NCBI RefSeq assembly: GCF_001949145.1
Contig: NW_019091359.1
Coordinates: 2,394,861 to 2,458,860 of the forward strand
Direction of reading: 5' to 3'
Length of the DNA: 64,000 nucleotides
Source of the DNA: Acanthaster planci
Lineage: Eukaryota
Shown here: positions 11,287-24,600 of the stretch, piece by piece
How the letters are laid out: the number at the start of each line of letters is the position of its first letter
How positions within the stretch are numbered: the first letter of the stretch is position 1
Made by a program: the position numbers and the translations under genes
Notes under the pieces: model-generated
What the model saw: only the letters and a program-made list of their open reading frames with translations
Databases searched by the model: none
Told to the model about the DNA's origin: nothing

Positions 11287-12847
11287 TTCCGTCGCAGATG
11301 ACGTCATCAACAAAACGGAACAGCAGGTGGTGGTTGTTTTAGAGTGATACATTGTACAAGGGAAATCGAGTCTTCTCTTGTTTTTGATTTGATTATAGTT
11401 TTAGCTTGCAGCTGTTGTAGTGGAGCGATAAATGTTGGTATGTTTTTGAAAACTGTTAAAATAAATGTGGCAGAGGTGGAAGTTTTACGCACTTACTTTT
11501 GATCCAATCACAGAGGCAATCTGGATTTTTTCCTTTTTATATGCTTCATATTGCGATTTAGTGACCGTAAATGTAGAATAGGCACGTGTGTTTCCAAAGC
11601 TTTTGTGTTAAAATTATCTTGCGTTGGCTACCTTTTTGTCATCAAGTGGCTGAACATCTCTAATTTTTTAGAATGCGTTGTATACGTTTCAAGTAACATT
11701 CATAATCTACAGGTGGAAGTGGAATGTTTGAATCGAATTTGGTGTTTGCATACATCATCCATAAAGGGGAAGTTGGGAAGATACCAATACACCAGTAATT
11801 ATTTGCTGTCCGTTTCACATTAAGCTGGAATTGCTGTTTTATAAGAATGGATGCTTCACATTTCATGTATATCAGTCTGAGTAATTTTTCATCGAAATAG
11901 GAGCAGCTCAGAGCATTATGACAAATCTTATTCATACATGTATTAAGTTTACTTTAATAAAGTACACGTGAAAAGATTTGACATGCCGACACATGAAAAT
12001 CAGACAGTGTTTTGTTTGATTTACGTCACATCAGCAGCACTTGAAAAAGCTTGGACAATTTGTAATGTTTTAAAGTGGATCAAATACGGTAAACACAAAA
12101 CAGTGATCTTCCATTGCAGAGCACCAGTTATTAATAAAGTTCTCCAGGGAGCGAGTCCGTATAAACAGGTTGGGCGTGGATGTCAACGCTGCGTGCAGTC
12201 GATGCGAGGTAATCTCATCAACAAAATTCATCGATGTGGATATGTTCAACAATTGAGCGCAGCATGGCTGTATGTTGAAAATAAGCCATGTCACTGTAAC
12301 ACATACACCCAGGAGCATTAACTATTATACAATAGTGCGTAAACCTGTGCAACATACGTTGTGCAACAGGTGTACAATGTATGTGGTTTCTGAAGGTTGA
12401 ATGCAACCTTTTTTATTGATACTACCCTGCAACTTCGACACAAATCCTGGTGGATGGGAGTTATGTATCCCCCATACGTTTTCTCTGGAGGAGATCAACC
12501 ATTGGATCATCCCCCACCTTTCTATGCTAAAAAGGGCGTTCAGGGTATAATTTCCAACTTCCCAACACTGTTTTGATGTTAAGGAGTGTAAGTGTACATA
12601 AGATGTTCATCGGTATCATGATCAGCGCTTCCTGGAGTTATGCGATGTCCGGCAGTTCCCTCGCCCACCCCAATCTTCACTGTCCCTACTCTGCTTTTCG
12701 AATTGTCACGGCCAGGAAATGTTTAAGGCATCCCCCACTACTTGGCACAAACTAGATTTACCCCACTGCTGCGGACTTAATGCCCGAGTAACTCCACATG
12801 GATGACAAGGACGTGGCATCTTTGAACGCCATGAGTCACTATGAGAG

Positions 12848-13023
12848 AATACGGGCGATTCACAGTAGTGCGCCTCCAAGAGTTTGCGACGCGTTGGCCA
12901 ATCACAACGCGTGAAATTTGTCGACCCTTTCCAAACGCGCATTGGGTCGAGAAATTTCGCACATTGTGATTGGCCAACGCGTTGCAAACTCTTGGAGGCG
13001 CACTATTGTGAATTGCCCGTATT
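12848..13023. mobile_element. Palindromic element: 80-bp arms, 16-bp loop
   Basis: 12848-12927 against the reverse complement of 12944-13023 shows 7 mismatches in 80 bp by manual alignment. Confidence 0.85.
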
Positions 13024-13487
13024 GGTCGAGTTCGGGCAGCCAGTTCTTGACACAGATTTCGTGTTCTCGCGCTCGAGCGGCGGGAACACGACCCAAGACA
13101 CTGTTCTCAGTACAGGATCACACACCACCTCCTCGTCAGGATTTTACACGACCAAGCGGAAAATCCGTGAGATTTGATTTTTAATTAAACAGCTGCAAAA
13201 AGTATCGATATGGCTCACAAAGCCGGAGACAATGGAAAGTTTTGTAAAATTGATATTAATAATATTCCATGACAGACATGGATTTTTTTAAATGGAAATT
13301 AAAGAAGTAAGCCCAGTTATTTGACATTAACTCTCAAAAAATGCACAAGGACGCTGCCACGTTGCATGTTGCTTTCCACAAATAACCACCAGTTGTAATA
13401 ACCGGGTGTACGTTCCCGGCGTTCGAGAGGCCGACCCACGAACACAAATCCAGCTGTTCGTGAACAAGCCGCCCGAACTCAGCCATT
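13023..13487. mobile_element. Old MITE with degenerate terminal inverted repeats
   Basis: The left end tggtcgagttcgggcagccagttc...gatttcgtgttc resembles the reverse complement of the right end (tggctgagttcgggcggcttgttc...ggatttgtgttc). Confidence 0.55.
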
Positions 13488-13785
13488 GCTAAACGTTGTT
13501 TTGGAGTATGTAATTATTTGTACGATTGGTAGGAGCATCAACTTAGAAAAAAATTGGGGGCATGATTTTCAAATTCCAGCTTGCATCGTTTTGAACTATA
13601 AATGCAAAGAGTCGTGGAAATGAGAAAAATATCAAGAGTCACTTTTCAATTCTTCAGCGATGCATTAAACGAAAACTTTACAATGCACTCACAATGCAGA
13701 CATGTATAGCTAAACGTGTTTGACTTTGAAAAAACATTCGAATGTATTTGATTGAATAGTTGTATACTTTATAACCATTCTAAGG

Positions 13786-14056
13786 CAGCGGCATATCCAG
13801 GCTTTGGTGTCCGGGGCAAATTCAAAATCGAATGCGGCCCATTCAACATGATGCTGAGGAGAAACAAAAATATCGCCTTACTAACGGTCCCGACATCTTG
13901 CTTTGATTTGTTGGTGCTGTTTTCTTAGGATTTGGGGGCTAATATTTGACAAATAAATATACTTATGACATTCTTTCTCACTCACCTATGAAGCATTCTT
14001 CGTAAAAACAAATCCACCAGTGGGCAAGTTGCCCCCCCCCCGTTGATGCGCCACTG
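13786..14056. mobile_element. hAT-type MITE with 8-bp target-site duplication
   Basis: Ends cagcggcatatcca ... gttgatgcgccactg, flanked by perfect TSD ttctaagg (13778-13785 and 14057-14064). Confidence 0.85.
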
Positions 14057-14884
14057 TTCTAAGGCTATTTCACAACAATCCATCTTTCGGTATAGGTATT
14101 TTTATCGTGGTTCATGCGATCTTAGCTTGAATTCTAGTCGAAATGTGCGCGTCAAAACCATCAGTTAGCCACTCGTTTGGCAATACACATGACACTATTG
14201 CCGTTGGCATGTTTTTGTTGAGCATATTTCGTACTTTCAGCTTATTCAAATTCACCTCCTTGATGTAAATTTGAACGACTAATCTACAATTTTAACATTA
14301 TCCTTAGCAGATACATTTATGTCAGGTTACGTCGAACTCAGTTTATTCTGAGTAAATATTAGTCAGGCCCAGCAAGATCGAGATGGAGACCATGTTCTGA
14401 AGACGCCTGGCAACTTTGCTTCGTCTGCTTCTCACGGTAAAGCAGACGGACTTGTCAGCTTTGCATGTCAGCTGGCGGATGACAAGTACGAAGATGATGG
14501 CGTTGAAGAGGAGGACCAGCCCGATGATCAGCAGTTGACCGTAATAAAAGGCACTGCCAGGCTTCAGAAAGCAGCTGGAATTATCAAACAGAAGTTGAAA
14601 AATAGAGCTAGACGAAATCCGATATACCCAAATTGTAAATATTCTTCTGGTAACAGTTTGTGACATAAATCACTTCTTTTTTGCAAGGTTAACGGACTAC
14701 CTCAATTTAGAAACAGTAATGTGACATCTGACAACCATTTTGAACAAAAAAACATTCAAATATCAGTTACCTTGTTGTGTTTTCATATACAGTGTAATCC
14801 ACACCAAGTATAACACCTACGACTATCATTGGCAGCCCTATTGAAAAGAAAGACTAAATTTGGCTTAAATTTTAAATTTGGAAC
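13995..14884 (-). pseudogene. Duplicate (allelic haplotype or paralog) of the adhesion GPCR 3' end with a 953-bp deletion removing the end of TM6, TM7 and the C-tail
   Basis: Matches 14887-15249 joined directly to 16203-16725. Exons 14771-14837 and 14343-14574 end in GLTNIYSE*. A single N at 14885 separates it from the intact copy. Confidence 0.75.
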
Positions 14885-15691
14885 NTATTCTTCGTAAAAC
14901 AAATCCACCAGTGGGCAAGTTGCCCCCCCCCCCGTGGATGCGCCACTGTTCTAAGGCTATTTTTCAATCCATCTTTCGGTATAGGTATTTTTATCGTGGT
15001 TCATGCGATCTTAGCTTGAATTCTAGTCGAAATGTGCGCGTCAAGACCATCAATTAGCCACTCGTTTGGCAATACACATGACACTTTTGCCGTTGGCATG
15101 TTTTGTTGAGCATATTTCGTAGTTTCAGCTTATTCAAATTCACCTCCTTAATGTAAATTTAAACGACTAATCTACAATTTTAACATTATCCTTAGCAGAT
15201 ACATTTATGTCAGATTACGTCGAACTCAGTTTACTCTGAGTAAATATTAACTGATAAGTACTAATTAAAGACATTTTTAAATCATACAGTTGAAATATTG
15301 TACAAACTATAAGAGCCTAGAACAAAACCTAAAAGTCTGGGTTTCTGAATGTTTACATCATTTTTAATATTATTTGTCTTGTCATTTGGTGCAAACAATG
15401 AACAATTTAAGATTTTTCAGTTTTTTATTTTGTTTGGACCCAACACATGGTGGTCTGGTACAGCGCGTTTATTTACGAAGTGCATCTGAATCTTCTTTCT
15501 CTTCTCATTCCTAACGAAATTCTATTTGTCTTTACTCGCTCGAAGTAAAGTCAATATACATGTGCCAGTTGCCGTTAACTTATACTTATACATCGTTATC
15601 TTTGCCTTAATATCAATTCTCAAGAGATAATCAAAGAGCCCGAGTTGGCTCAACTTTCGAGAGACAACCATCTGCCCACCGCTGGTAGATT

Positions 15692-18600
15692 TTACAGAGT
15701 GATCAACGGGGCACTTTCCTTAATGCCCCCTCCTTCTGTAGTATCGTTGTCGCCCTCTTTTGGTGAGGTGGTAGACATGACTGCATCGTCAGAGACTCTA
15801 TCTTCTTTCCTGACTGTTTTGGCTCCCTCCCCTGACCCCTCTCCCTCTACCTCATCTGTGACGCCACCATTCGTGAAGGATGTCACCGTACCACGAGAGA
15901 AACCACCTTCTTCTTCCACTGTCTCCGAGATCAAACTCATCCCAAGCTCTTCTGTCACCGTCGTCTCGTTGTTACCCTCCACGTCGGGAATCGACAAAGC
16001 GTTCTCGGGGACCTCGAGTTGGAATTTGCGCTTGGACGTCGAGATATCGAGCCGGTACTCGTTTCTTCTTCTAGTCAGGTACCCTTGGCGGACGACGAAC
16101 AGCAGGAAGATGAAAAGCCCCTGCAGGGAGTTGAAGGCGCAGAAGAGGATCTGGAAGATGAAGTTAGTGGACTCGACGACAGAGAAGAGACCGAAGATCC
16201 AGGTCAGACCCAGCAGGATCGAGATGGAGACCATGTTCTGAAGACGCCTGGCCACTTTGCTTCGTCTGCTTCTCACGGTGAAGCAGACGGACTTGTCAGC
16301 TTTGCATGTCAGCTGGCGGATGACAAGTACGAAGATGGTGACGTTGAAGAGGAGGACCAGCCCGATGATCAGCAGTTGACCGTAATAAAAGGCATTGCCA
16401 GGCTTCAGAAAGCAGCTGGAATTATTAAACAGAAGTTGAAAAATAAAGCTAGACGAAATCCGATATACCCAAATTGTAAATATTCTTCTTATAACAGTTT
16501 GTGACATAAATCACTTCTTTTTTGCAAGGTTAACTGACTACCTCAATTTAGAAACAGTAATGTGACATCTGACAACCATTTTGAACAAGAAAAACATTCA
16601 AATATCAGTTACCTTGTTGTGTTTTCATATACAGTGTAATCCACACCAAGTATAACACCAACGACTATCATTGGCAGCCCTATTGAAAAGAAAGACCAAA
16701 TTTGGCTTAAATTTAAATTTGAAAANNNNNNNNNNNNNNNNNNNNNNAAAGAATTGTAGATACAATAAACTTAGACTGGGTGGTCATTTTCTTCCGGTGA
16801 CTATGGGGAGACATCATATCACCAACAAATTAGGCCGTGGCACTTCGTCATTTTAATTGTAAAGCATTGTTAATTAACCCGCCTTGGGACCCTTGAGATC
16901 CAGATCCAAGTGAAATAAACAAGCCCAGTGATATACTTGTAGATTCGGCAATTCAAACATGCAAGACATCCTAATTTTTTATCTCTGGCTTGTGGCCAAT
17001 AGACGGGCTCCCAGTGTGATGATGTGAGCTTAGCACACCTTGAACAATCCCAGAGCCTATTCCATTTCGACGAACGACTTTAATTGTCTGGCACGTGGAC
17101 CGCTCAAAATTTGCATGCACGTGTACGTTTTTCGTGAGAGAGCAAACCACGGATTAGGAGAAAACGTGTAATCACTGGGCCACCTCCATCCCAGGGACCC
17201 CAAACCCGTATCTCACTCACCCCAGGCTACAACGAATGCCTTGATCATGAAGTGCTTCACGTCAGCTCTGAAGACCCTGATTAGCTTGAGGTAGAGGTTG
17301 GTAGCCTCCACACCCATCCAAAACACGGAGGTTAGGGCGAAGTAGTGCATCAAGACAGCCATGACGATGCAGACCACGCGAGAAGACGTCTGCTCGATCC
17401 CGAACAGAAAGACGGCGTACAGGCAGAGCAGAGACAGGCAGAACCAGATCAAGATGTGACTGGCTGTCTTCTTTCGAAATTTTCTGTCCACAAGATATAA
17501 GTCAGGTCAATCTAAGGACATTTGCATACATCAAGGTTGCCTAAACATGACTTCTACACNNNNNNNNNNNNNNNNNNNNNNNNNNNNNNNNNNNNNNNNN
17601 NNNNNNNNNNNNNNNNNNNNNNNNNNNNNNNNNNNNNNNNNNNNNNNNNNNNNNNNNNNNNNNNNNNNNNNNNNNNNNNNNNNNNNNNNNNNNNNNNNNN
17701 NNNNNNNNNNNNNNNNNNNNNNNNNNNNNNNNNNNNNNNNNNNNNNNNNNNNNNNNNNNNNNNNNNNNNNNNNNNNNNNNNNNNNNNNNNNNNNNNNNNN
17801 NNNNNNNNNNNNNNNNNNNNNNNNNNNNNNNNNNNNNNNNNNNNNNNNNNNNNNNNNNNNNNNNNNNNNNNNNNNNNNNNNNNNNNNNNNNNNNNNNNNN
17901 NNNNNNNNNNNNNNNNNNNNNNNNNNNNNNNNNNNNNNNNNNNNNNNNNNNNNNNNNNNNNNNNNNNNNNNNNNNNNNNNNNNNNNNNNNNNNNNNNNNN
18001 NNNNNNNNNNNNNNNNNNNNNNNNNNNNNNNNNNNNNNNNNNNNNNNNNNNNNNNNNNNNNNNNNNNNNNNNNNNNNNNNNNNNNNNNNNNNNNNNNNNN
18101 NNNNNNNNNNNNNNNNNNNNNNNNNNNNNNNNNNNNNNNNNNNNNNNNNNNNNNNNNNNNNNNNNNNNNNNNNNNNNNNNNNNNNNNNNNNNNNNNNNNN
18201 NNNNNNNNNNNNNNNNNNNNNTGACGTTGCTCATTGATTTGCTGTCCTGCATTGACTAAACAATGAAACACTACAGAAAATGCGCTAAGCTTCAACAAAT
18301 TATGCTGAACCAGTTGCAGCACAGAAACTTCTGCTTAGTAAAACAAAGCTTTGTTGCTCATGAATATGGATAGGCCCTACTAATACAAGCATACCAAGAC
18401 TAACAGACGCAGTTGCTGTACTATGTCAAGGATTTGTTGGACATGAATATGGAAATACACATTGGCATTAAAACCAGCAACGCTCCTCCAGCACTTTTAG
18501 GGATACTTAAGCCGGAGAACTGAAGAGAATCTATAAAATTGAATTTAAAAATTCTTTCAATGTCTTCTAATCTCCCGTTTTGATTTTGGAAGTGGAAATT

Positions 18601-21600
18601 CCCTAAGCATTTTAAAGCCGCCACTGCTGCTAAATCACAACTGACTGAGCTTTCCCATCTCATTAATCAAGTATTTGTTGTATTACCAATAGAAAAATCA
18701 TTCCTTGGCTCGACATTCGATTTTTCTCAGTAATTATGTGTTATTGAAAATTGCAGAAATTGACGATTGTGCATCAAACTTACTTGACAGCCAGATACAC
18801 GACGATAGTAACCACAAGGGAGACAATGGAAACACCGCATCCGATTTTACTAATTAGATCCAAGGCTAAGCTGGAGTATTGACCGTGAATATCCTTAAAG
18901 AAAAGCAGAGACACTTTCAGTTGTTTCGTATCTTAACATACTGAAACAATCTCAATCATGAATTGCAAGGATTTTGGAGAAACAAATTGTGTTTAGTTCT
19001 TGGGATTTTAAAGACTTTGTGGACACAATTAATTTCGAAACTATAAATTCCAGACGCCCCTTTTGACAAGCATCTTCACATTTTGGGGGGTATTAAGGTT
19101 TGTCAGTGAAACACAACGATTTAAAAAAAACAAGGTGATTATTTTTTTATAGTTTACCACAAGTACGGCAAAGCTGGTAGCATGGTTGCAATGACACGCC
19201 GTCCGTCCGTCACCCGAGCGGGCTTGTTTGCAGCCCGCTGTCGACCAATCACCGATTCCATCTTCAAGACGAAAGTCCCAGAACACACATGATAGACTTT
19301 CTTTAATTTTGTCAGATTTCTGGTTTATCTGAGAAAGAAGTTTGAAAAATTGTTTCGAGATGAAATGAAGTCATGGAGTATGTCCATTCAACAGGAAATT
19401 TCTTTTTCCCCGGAAACTTCAAAATATTTTCCGGTCTCTTCGGGAAAGGGTCCTCAACTTTCCTGTATGGTAAAAAAAACCATTCCTTTTCAAATAAATT
19501 TCTTTCAAAGACACATTTTCAAACAAAGCCCCTCCCCATTACAATAATTACTGTCATTGGCCCTGTGGTTGATTAATGGTATGCTTGACACAGTAGTCTT
19601 TCTTCTACCTGTTTTTGCCAATTGTGAGGAGCAAAGGTGCTGGAAACAGGTGTCTTGGACGGAAGATCGTCAATAGTGGAGTTGATCACTGTAGCTGATA
19701 TGACAGAACTGGCAATGGAAAGATTCCTTGAAGCATCTTCCATAGCTTTAGCAATCTTCTTTGAGCGGAACAACTTGGTATTCTGATATAGGATAAAACT
19801 GATGGGAACTGCTCCTCCTTCTGTTGGTGAACAATAATATTTGAACACACCTTAGTAACAGACAGCCGAAATGTTGAAACATACCGATGTAACAACACGC
19901 AATGCATAAGCCTAGCGGCCCAAAACAGGCAAAGAAGGAACCAGCAATGTACTCAAGTGCCAGGTACCAGTTGGCTAGCGTCATTACCAATATTGACTTT
20001 TTGCGCACACCATATACGCCATACCAACAGTTCTTAGAAGCAGCCAACAGTCAAGTGTTTTTGAGTACATTAATTGACTCCTAGTTTCTGTTCGAAACTA
20101 CTTTTCTCGGCTTTTCTTTCGTGTGCCTGAAAGAAGGGCGTAAGCACTGACGCCCTTCAGCCGGGAAGCATGATCATTGCAAAAAAACTTTTCACGGCAA
20201 AAGGACGTATGTATGCAACTGTTTTATTTTAATGAAATGTAAAGATTTCACAAAAAATTTCCCAAGTTGTTCACAGGTTCCTCTTTGTACAGTCTGTGTT
20301 GATTTTGTAAAAGATTTTATCTGGTTTTTACTAAATAAAGAGAGTGACGCTGTGTTTCTCATGCCCTTTTACCGGAACAGTTTTTCTGCTGTAATCATGC
20401 TTTCCGACAAAAGGGCATAAGCGCGCTTACGTCGTTTTTGCAGGGCACACGAAGTTTGAATCTTTAAACTTCATCTTTTGCTGGAGGTCAGCGCTTTTCA
20501 AAAGCAAATAAGTTAAACAAAAGGGCAGGCTACTTTGACTTGACCTCTTAACTTTTAGCAGCTGTAGGACATGTTAAATTCAGGGTCAGGATTATCCATG
20601 AAGCATTACTCTGAGCAATATATGCCTAAAAATGGGGGGGGGGGTCTTCAAACTGTGGCCGAAACTGCGGACGTACCTGTTATATTCATGTCTTATATTT
20701 TTATATAACAGGTTTTGCCCTTACCTAACGTATATATTAATAAACACTGTATGCTCAGTGCTTGTCCGAGAGCTTGCGAAAAAAAGTCACAAGCTTACTC
20801 GGGTGGGACTCGATCCCACGACCTCCTGCTTACTATATTTTTGCGTGAAATTTGTCTGTCTGATGCACATGATTCCAACAGGATTTTGGAGCAGTTAGGT
20901 CTGGCTTTAATGCATACAGCTCAAGTCGAATCGGCATAAAATGCGAGGCCCCAGTGCTTATCAGCCAGCGCTCCAAAGGGTACCAATGGGACACTGGTGC
21001 CGAGGGTCTTCAGGACACCTCATTACAGCCCTGGTTACACATTATTACGAGGGGATACACACGAAAATATTGCACAATCTACCTGAAACGAAGTTCATTA
21101 GTACTTCCCCCGGAAGAGAGATGGAAGCCTCAACTTTATCCATGGGAATTGCTGACTCGGAATAATAAACACTGACTCTACCCTCCGTCAAGGGATCTTC
21201 TCCAGTCGTTCCTTTCATACAAACAAGACCAACCCCACCAGCGACAGAGCTGGGAGAGGCACTCAGCGCCTTGACGGCGAGGCTACTCGTAACTTTGGAG
21301 AAGTTCGCGCCATTTGCGAGAACGTGCGAGATTTGGCTGTCAAGGGCTTGGATTATGCGAGAGGATGAATCATCAGCTGGTTCACCGCTGTCTTTTTTAT
21401 CAGCTTGGAGGAGGTTGTTCACCACGTTCACGACATCAGATGTGACCTACCGAACAAGAATGTCACATCTTTATCCAAATTTCAAAACTTTCGTGAACAT
21501 CTACTGTTCCATAGTTAGTCGGCAAAAGCTCGAAGATTTGAAACTTCAGAAAGCGTAACTTACTTCCGGAGAGGAATCTCTAATATTAATAATATTGTCC

Positions 21601-24600
21601 AGGACATCAGCTGTGGAAGACAGTGCGGCTTCATCAATGGAGGAGATGTTTTCAGTCAGAGAGATCAGAAGTTCTGCAACCTTCTCCACATTATCTTTTG
21701 TCACCGTTTTCTGAGAGTAAAATGAAACCAATTTCACTGGTCTCCTTCATTCGGCAATAACTGTGTTATTGTTAAAATTATGCGTAATTATATACCCTTA
21801 TGCTTCATTTAAGACCTGATATTTGGGGTGCGGGAGCTGTGCTTTGAAAAGTGAGCTTATTTTGTCAAAATAGCATATTAAGCAAACAGCTTAAGTCAAA
21901 ACTTCGTATAGGCCTATGGCTGCTCCAATTACGATAGGGACTGTCACTCGCGCATCCGGTCCGTCAGCAAAAATGCAGGGGCGCATCAAGCATAGTCTCC
22001 CTAGACTGAGTAACCGGTGATGACATACCGCCCTGCTGAAAATAAACTATGATAATGTTCACATAGTTAAATACCGGTAAATCAAACAATATTCCACAAC
22101 TACTCACATTTTTCAAGCTATCTAGCTGATCATTGACATCTGGAGTACAATTATTCAGCACGGGTTCCTGCCATTTGGCAAGACTGGTATTACCAACGCA
22201 CAGTCGAAAGGCGAGTGCCGGACCATCTGAAAAACAGTATGGATTTACATCACAAATTATTGCTGATTGCACAGATGGAATGCAGGATTCATACGGTTTG
22301 GTCTAGCTTGAAACTCTAGTACCAGACCAAAGGAAAGAAATCCGATCATTTTTCAAATTACACATGTACTTGTAATATAGACCTACATCCCAGCTATGTG
22401 GGCTAAAGGGGGCTGCAGCGGCGCAAAATGAAGAATTTTGCGGCAAATATCGGGATAGTGCGAACAAATAATACATGAAAAACTGGGATCATGGTGATAA
22501 TTGCTGACAAGATCTTTAGATGTCACAAACTGTTTTGAAATTGATTATATAAATTGTTTTCTGAGTGCCTCCATGGCTTAATTTGGCGATGGAAAGTAAA
22601 TGGGTCAAATGATGATTTAGCAACAGGCCAACCAAACGCGACCGATATCGAGTGAAAACGCATCTCGTTTAAGCTACTCGTACCTTGCTCCGTGAGGCTG
22701 CACGTCTCCAGCGATTTAGCACTCGATCCAACACTGGTTTCCAAGAAAGTCAGAATGTTCCCAGCAAATAGCAGAGCCTCATACGGACAGGTAGCTTCAA
22801 ATAAGCAGACAATTTCAATTTTTCATATTTTCAAAAATCTTAACATCCCAAAAAGCAGAATTTGCTTTTTCTGCAAACCTTCTCAAAAATGTATGTGTAA
22901 AAATGTACGTGGACTCAGGCAAACACTTGCCTGAAGACCAGCCGTTTTGTTTCATTTCACCTTCCTGTTGGGAACAAGTTTGACAGTGTCATCAAAAAGC
23001 GTAAAATAAACTAGAAAATCACTATATACACATGTCAGCCAGAACCCTCACGCAACTTGAGAATACAAGGTGCCTTTCTGCATCATGTGAAGTTTTCGTT
23101 TAAAGGACCCATGCAATTCTTACCATACAGTTTTACTTGTGCAATATTCCTTTTGTCTGATTCACTCGGAGCCGTTTTTATGGCATTTGGGCCGTTTTCT
23201 AATACTTATTTTAGGCTCCGTCTCAGGCTTCAACTTTTTTTGTTACTTCCTGACTTTGAGGATGTAAGCGCACTTGTAAGTCTGATAGTGCCACAAAACA
23301 TCAAGTAAACTGCAAATTAGCAAAACATTAGAGTACTTCAATTTAAGTTAAACGCTTCAGGCCCACAATCGGGGATTGGTTTCCTACACGAGGACGAAGT
23401 TGAGTATCGGAACACGGCCCAGGTTTTCTTTGGATGCTAATGCAATTTGCGTATTGATTTATGAGATAGAAATCTCACTGTTATAGCTTTTCTTCGCTAA
23501 ATTAAGCCAGAATGCTTAATATTTTGCTGTCAAAAAGGGCTTGTTTACTTCCCTTATTCGCTGTTGTTTCACTTCTGACATGAGCAGAGTTTTCTTACAA
23601 ATATTTTCAATCGGCATATTTTGCGTCAACAGTCAGCATGGAAACCCCCTGTACATCATGACCGGGAGATTAATGACATCGAAGCAACAGCGCCCTCACT
23701 GCCTTGGAAAAGCATGCGAAACTTTGAATGTTTAAAGGTGCACTTTTAATAATATCCAAAAAGGGATGTTGGACAGTTATATAAAATATATTTAGGAGAG
23801 TGGAAAGTTGCACAAAAGCATTTAAAGCTGAAGAATATATCACGGAAACGAAATCGTGGATAAAGCTCATTTGCATAAAATTATTCATTTAGCAGAGTTT
23901 CTATTTGCCCAAATTTTGAAAGGGCTTGGGCTCTTAAGCAGTCTAGTTAAAACACAAAACAGCCAAACACACACTACCTCNNNNNNNNNNNNNNNNNNNN
24001 NNNNNNNNNNNNNNNNNNNNNNNNNNNNNNNNNNNNNNNNNNNNNNNNNNNNNNNNNNNNNNNNNNNNNNNNNNNNNNNNNNNNNNNNNNNNNNNNNNNN
24101 NNNNNNNNNNNNNNNNNNNNNNNNNNNNNNNNNNNNNNNNNNNNNNNNNNNNNNNNNNNNNNNNNNNNNNNNNNNNNNNNNNNNNNNNNNNNNNNNNNNN
24201 NNNNNNNNNNNNNNNNNNNNNNNNNNNNNNNNNNNNNNNNNNNNNNNNNNNNNNNNNNNNNNNNNNNNNNNNNNNNNNNNNNNNNNNNNNNNNNNNNNNN
24301 NNNNNNNNNNNNNNNNNNNNNNNNNNNNNNNNNNNNNNNNNNNNNNNNNNNNNNNNNNNNNNNNNNNNNNNNNNNNNNNNNNNNNNNNNNNNNNNNNNNN
24401 NNNNNNNNNNNNNNNNNNNNNNNNNNNNNNNNNNNNNNNNNNNNNNNNNNNNNNNNNNNNNNNNNNNNNNNNNNNNNNNNNNNNNNNNNNNNNNNNNNNN
24501 NNNNNNNNNNNNNNNNNNNNNNNNNNNNNNNNNNNNNNNNNNNNNNNNNNNNNNNNNNNNNNNNNNNNNNNNNNNNNNNNNNNNNNNNNNNNNNNNNNNN

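Noticed and set aside
12706..13184. Mirror-image ORFs with similar peptides on both strands
   Set aside because: A consequence of the DNA palindrome at 12848-13023.
15645..16504. Plus-strand ORFs antisense to the adhesion GPCR last exon; likewise 30491-31072 and 63372-63896
   Set aside because: Shadow ORFs of real coding exons on the opposite strand, with no recognisable domains.
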